Shown here: piece by piece, positions 60,269 through 64,000 of the stretch | How the letters are laid out: every line of letters begins with the position of its first letter | Position numbering within the stretch: the first letter of the stretch is position 1 | Source: an uncultured archaeon | Lineage (GTDB): Archaea; Thermoproteota; Nitrososphaeria_A; Caldarchaeales; Wolframiiraptoraceae | Reading direction: 5' to 3' | Assembly: GCA_938083505.1 (NCBI GenBank) | Contig: CALKCF010000007.1 | Coordinates: forward strand, 46,056 to 110,055 | Length of the DNA stretch: 64,000 nucleotides | Notes under the pieces: model-generated | Database searches by the model: none | What the model saw: the letters and a program-made list of their open reading frames with translations, nothing else | Told to the model about the DNA's origin: nothing | Position numbers and translations under genes: made by a program

Positions 60269-61066
60269 ATGGTCTGGTCTGAAAAGACGGACAACACTAT
60301 AACCGTCAGTGAAAGAGTTAAAAAGGCCATGCAAAACCTAGGTCTTACTGATTACGAGGTTAGGGCATATCTTCCACTTATCCAAATAGGTCCATTGACC
60401 GCTAGCGAGTTGAGCAGCATAGCTGAAATACCTTATTCAAAGATTTATGAGGTATTAGGAAGCCTGGAGGAGAAAGGATGGATCGAGGTAGAGGGCGGAA
60501 GGCCTGCAAGATATCACGCAAAATCTCCAATTACAGCTGTCGAGACTATGAAATTAAAGCTTGAGGAAAAAATCCAACAAAATAGCAATATAATAATATC
60601 CGAACTTATGCCAATATTTGAGAATAGGTGGGCCAAGGAAAAGCCAGACATCTGGATATTAAGAGGGGAGCAGAATATTTTAGCTAAGCTGAAAGAGCTT
60701 ATCACTAATTGCGAGCGGGAACTTTTATTGGCAACACCAACTCTTTCTAAAGAGCTTTTACATATGTTGTTACCGTTTTTTATAACAATCAAGGGGAAGA
60801 ATGGTAGAGTACAAATAATGCTCACGTCAGATATTGAACAACAAACGTTGAAGAAGTTAGCCGAAGTTGCAGAAGTCAGGGTCAGAGAACATATGTTTGG
60901 CTGCGGTGCGATTCGTGATTTGAAGGAGGTTATGATAATGTTTGTAGCAGAAAACGGAAAGAGACCAGCTATAGCTATATGGTCAGAGCATGCGAGTTTA
61001 GCAAAGTTTGCCAGGGACTACTTTGACTACCTTTGGAACAGCGCATATCCTATAAAAAAAGTTTAA
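60269..61066 (+). CDS. TrmB family transcriptional regulator
   Basis: LGLT.YE...Y, IPYSKIYEVL.SL..KG HTH. Confidence 0.92.
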   Translation: MVWSEKTDNTITVSERVKKAMQNLGLTDYEVRAYLPLIQIGPLTASELSSIAEIPYSKIYEVLGSLEEKGWIEVEGGRPARYHAKSPITAVETMKLKLEEKIQQNSNIIISELMPIFENRWAKEKPDIWILRGEQNILAKLKELITNCERELLLATPTLSKELLHMLLPFFITIKGKNGRVQIMLTSDIEQQTLKKLAEVAEVRVREHMFGCGAIRDLKEVMIMFVAENGKRPAIAIWSEHASLAKFARDYFDYLWNSAYPIKKV

Positions 61067-61093
61067 AGTCACCATTAAATAAATTCGAATCGT

Positions 61094-63904
61094 ATGCGGA
61101 CCACATACCACCCAAATAGAAAGTCACTCTCAAGAAGATGGGCAATTAGGATAATGGCGGCGATAATAATCTTATTAATGTTTTTTATAATCGGCAGTCA
61201 GACAGTCAACATATTCCTAAATTTCATAGAGTTCGGCGAACTTTTCATAAGACCCTTTTACTATGCGTTGATTGGTGGTCTAACACTTTCGGCAATAGCT
61301 TTTTTTAGAGTCGATTTTAAGAATAGAAGGTCGCTCATTTTTTGGTTCCTCAAGTTATTCGTAACTGTTGTTAGAAGTCCTGGTATAATCCATATTGATC
61401 TAATGGATTTTTCAAACTTTAAGATGAGTGTGCGTAATTTTGTAGTTTGGCAGATAACGAAAACAATATTGGGAATGGTATTTTTCACAAACACACTCTT
61501 CGGTATGTCAGTGTTATCTATGCTGAATGGGTGGGACCCAGGGTTGGGTGAGATTTGGAGGATATTCCTCTTACCGTTCATCACACCACCCATTAACGAG
61601 TCTTTCGCCCAAACTATGGTAATGCCGACACTTCCAGCATTGTTGCTTATCGTACCCCTAATACTCAACGCGCTAGGGGTTAGGATTGTCGTTTTAGTAG
61701 GCCTCACACAGTTAATTAAGAGCATTACTACGTCATTCATAAAGTATTTAGAGGAAGGTAAACTCATAATACCTATTGCTACAATAGAAGCGTTAATAGC
61801 TGTTGGACTCTTTTGGACTGCTTTTAATTCGTTCTTTACGACGTACATAGATTATAACACGAAAGTAACCCTCATAGCAACGATAACTGTTGCGACGTTA
61901 TTTGCGGTTTACGCATATATTGACTCTCGTAAATTAAGCAGTCTGGGAAACATTTATGTGAGAATCGGTGCTATAGTACTTGTCGCCTTACTAGCGGGCT
62001 CTATTATCGCCATACAAAATAGCATAGCGGATGCGAGAAAAGTAGAGTGGTTGGGCCCTTATGTCGTCCAAGAAATATCTGTAAATCGCTATTTTGCAGA
62101 ACTTGATAAGATTAAGGAATTACCGTATAATTTTTCTATAAAAGAGGTACGTCAAGAAGTAATACCTCTGTATGTTGAAAAAAATAAAAACCTATTATCA
62201 AAGATTAGGTTATGGGATTGGGATGCGGCATTCACAAAGCTTAAGCCGGAGATAGGCCTTATACCATATGTTGATTTTGAAGATTCTGACATAATAAGGT
62301 TCAACGGTACACTTTACTGGAGCGCATCTATGAAACCTATACTACCAGCGTTCGTGAGACCTGAAGATCGTTGGTTCAACGAACACATGGTTTATACACA
62401 TGTACCAAACGGTTTCCTTTTACTGAATGCACATAACGGAACAATTGAAGATTCTAGCAAATTTTTTAAACAGCGTAGAGTCTATTACGGGGAAGGTGGG
62501 TTACTTTCAACTACATGGTCAGCTTATGTGGTTGGTGAAGAAGTAAGTAAAGAGGTTGGCGGAAACTTCTATTCAGGAAAAGGCGGTGTAGATACTCATC
62601 CACCGTTGAGCTGGTTATTTGATGTAACGTTCATGTTATCATATCCCGACAAAATAGTTCACATAATGAGGTACAAAGACGTATATGATCGAATGAAACT
62701 TCTATTCCCTTACTTCTCGTATGAGTGGGAGAATCAACGAATTGATATGTTTCCAGTAACGGATGGTGAAAGGACCTATTGGTTAATGCCACTCATCTTT
62801 AGGATAGCTGCTGAGAATGTGCCATGGAGTAAGGGCGCGTTCTTTACACGCTTTGTTGGTTACTCGTTGATAGATGTCTACGATGGGACAGTACAACTTA
62901 TAGTAATAGGTGATGATTTCTTCAGCGAGCTGTTCAAAAACCTTTATGCCGAATATGTTAGCGCAGAAATACCTGTTTGGTTATATAAACAAACCAGGTA
63001 TCCTGTTGAGTTATTTGAATGGAGGATTGGTATGTACAACAAGTATCATGTCAGGAATCCTGCTACATTTATAGGTGCAAGGGAGTTTTTCGAAATCCCT
63101 GAAGGGGTCGAAACGTACTTCGTATACGCACAACCGCCTGGTTTCGAGGACATCGAGTTCATTGGCATACTTTCTTTACAACTTAAAGGCGCTTTAGGAA
63201 GGAATCTCGCAGGTTATGCTATTGTAAGAAATGACTATCCCCATCTTGGTGAAGTAATCGTCTATAAAGTCCCCTTAGAGTCCGCAGTTAAGCTTTTAGG
63301 TCCAACGGCAGCACTTGAAGCCTTAAAAAGGGACCCGGTCTTTAAGCAGATGGAGACCCTGCTTAGAAATCCAAGGATAGGTGACGTTATATTATACCAA
63401 ATCGGTGAATACCCAGTTTACTTTATTCCAGTATATACGGCACCGGCAGAGGGTGTCGTAACAACGATTGGTACTGTAGCAGTTGTAGGTGCCACTTTTA
63501 CCGGTGAATACTACGTGGGCCTTGGATCTACGCCTGAGAGCGCATTCAGGACGTTCATTTCAAAGTTGGCAGGGTTAGAGACGTTACCTCCTGAGATTAC
63601 GGGGAGAGAACAAAGAATTTCCGACGTTAAGGAGTTTATTTCGACACTATTCGAGCACGCAAACGTCACAGTGAGGAGGCCCGAAAAGATAAACGCACAT
63701 TTGGTTTTCCTCGAAGGTAAGGTAAGTGTAAAGTCGCTCGAAGATTATAAAAAAGTGGAAGAGCTAGTTCAGATGTTTATAAAAAGATGGGTAGAAAAGA
63801 GGGTTTTAGAGTGGTTAGAGGATAATGTTATTAACTACGGTGTTATTATAATAGAAAATGGGATAATAGAATTGCATTATGTATCCGTCGTTTTAGAAGA
63901 GTAG
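61094..63904 (+). CDS. UPF0182 family membrane protein
   Basis: N-terminal TM bundle, IRLWD, W.N.H..YTH, YYGE, YP..LF. Confidence 0.85.
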   Translation: MRTTYHPNRKSLSRRWAIRIMAAIIILLMFFIIGSQTVNIFLNFIEFGELFIRPFYYALIGGLTLSAIAFFRVDFKNRRSLIFWFLKLFVTVVRSPGIIHIDLMDFSNFKMSVRNFVVWQITKTILGMVFFTNTLFGMSVLSMLNGWDPGLGEIWRIFLLPFITPPINESFAQTMVMPTLPALLLIVPLILNALGVRIVVLVGLTQLIKSITTSFIKYLEEGKLIIPIATIEALIAVGLFWTAFNSFFTTYIDYNTKVTLIATITVATLFAVYAYIDSRKLSSLGNIYVRIGAIVLVALLAGSIIAIQNSIADARKVEWLGPYVVQEISVNRYFAELDKIKELPYNFSIKEVRQEVIPLYVEKNKNLLSKIRLWDWDAAFTKLKPEIGLIPYVDFEDSDIIRFNGTLYWSASMKPILPAFVRPEDRWFNEHMVYTHVPNGFLLLNAHNGTIEDSSKFFKQRRVYYGEGGLLSTTWSAYVVGEEVSKEVGGNFYSGKGGVDTHPPLSWLFDVTFMLSYPDKIVHIMRYKDVYDRMKLLFPYFSYEWENQRIDMFPVTDGERTYWLMPLIFRIAAENVPWSKGAFFTRFVGYSLIDVYDGTVQLIVIGDDFFSELFKNLYAEYVSAEIPVWLYKQTRYPVELFEWRIGMYNKYHVRNPATFIGAREFFEIPEGVETYFVYAQPPGFEDIEFIGILSLQLKGALGRNLAGYAIVRNDYPHLGEVIVYKVPLESAVKLLGPTAALEALKRDPVFKQMETLLRNPRIGDVILYQIGEYPVYFIPVYTAPAEGVVTTIGTVAVVGATFTGEYYVGLGSTPESAFRTFISKLAGLETLPPEITGREQRISDVKEFISTLFEHANVTVRRPEKINAHLVFLEGKVSVKSLEDYKKVEELVQMFIKRWVEKRVLEWLEDNVINYGVIIIENGIIELHYVSVVLEE

Positions 63905-63916
63905 TCGGTGTAAAGT

Positions 63917-64000
63917 ATGCAGACCAGCAAGAATCACAAAGTTCAGGAGTTTAGGCCCTTGATGGTAGTGCTTTTGACAGTGCTTATGATTGTAGTTATC
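63917..64000 (+). CDS. 5' end of a membrane or secreted protein, truncated by the window edge
   Basis: GGTG SD, ATG 63917, MQTSKNHKVQEFRPLMVVLLTVLMIVVI. Confidence 0.5.
   Translation, partial: MQTSKNHKVQEFRPLMVVLLTVLMIVVI

Noticed and set aside
1-64000. CRISPR arrays, rRNA genes, IS transposases
   Set aside because: None seen on reading the window

Overview
Archaeal chromosomal window, probably a TACK/Nitrososphaerota-type thermophile. This is inferred from TBP, the exosome-proteasome superoperon, the tetraether synthase Tes, BRE/TATA promoters and a tRNA with a D-loop intron. 1-16.8 kb is housekeeping: tbp, branched-chain amino acid genes (leuB, leuA, ilvB, ilvN, ilvC), an ECF module and the psmA-SBDS-rrp4/41/42-rpl37ae-pcc1-pfdB cluster. 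16.9-21.0 kb is a decayed HK97-type provirus head module beside a two-intron tRNA-Gln(CTG). 21-31 kb holds a PRTase, an m4C-type methyltransferase with an unknown partner, acyl-CoA dehydrogenase, nth, an ABC transporter, nadC and tes. 31.6-60.1 kb is a ~28 kb redox island. It interleaves a complete group 3c MvhADG-HdrABC complex and all hyp genes with a LipS1/LipS2/Lpl/LipT-type lipoate assembly pathway, one lipoyl-carrier protein, two lysine-less carrier paralogues, OsmC, HdrDE-like and FAD-oxidoreductase/HdrD modules. No glycine-cleavage, oxoacid-dehydrogenase, mcr or sHdr genes are present in the window. Best candidates for new biology: (1) a lipoyl-protein-based thiol/disulfide circuit for Mvh-Hdr, and (2) two parallel structured 5' leaders with 5-codon uORFs (MNQLE before leuA, MRQII before ilvB) suggesting ribosome-dependent attenuation in an archaeon. 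All calls are by eye from motifs; no searches were run.
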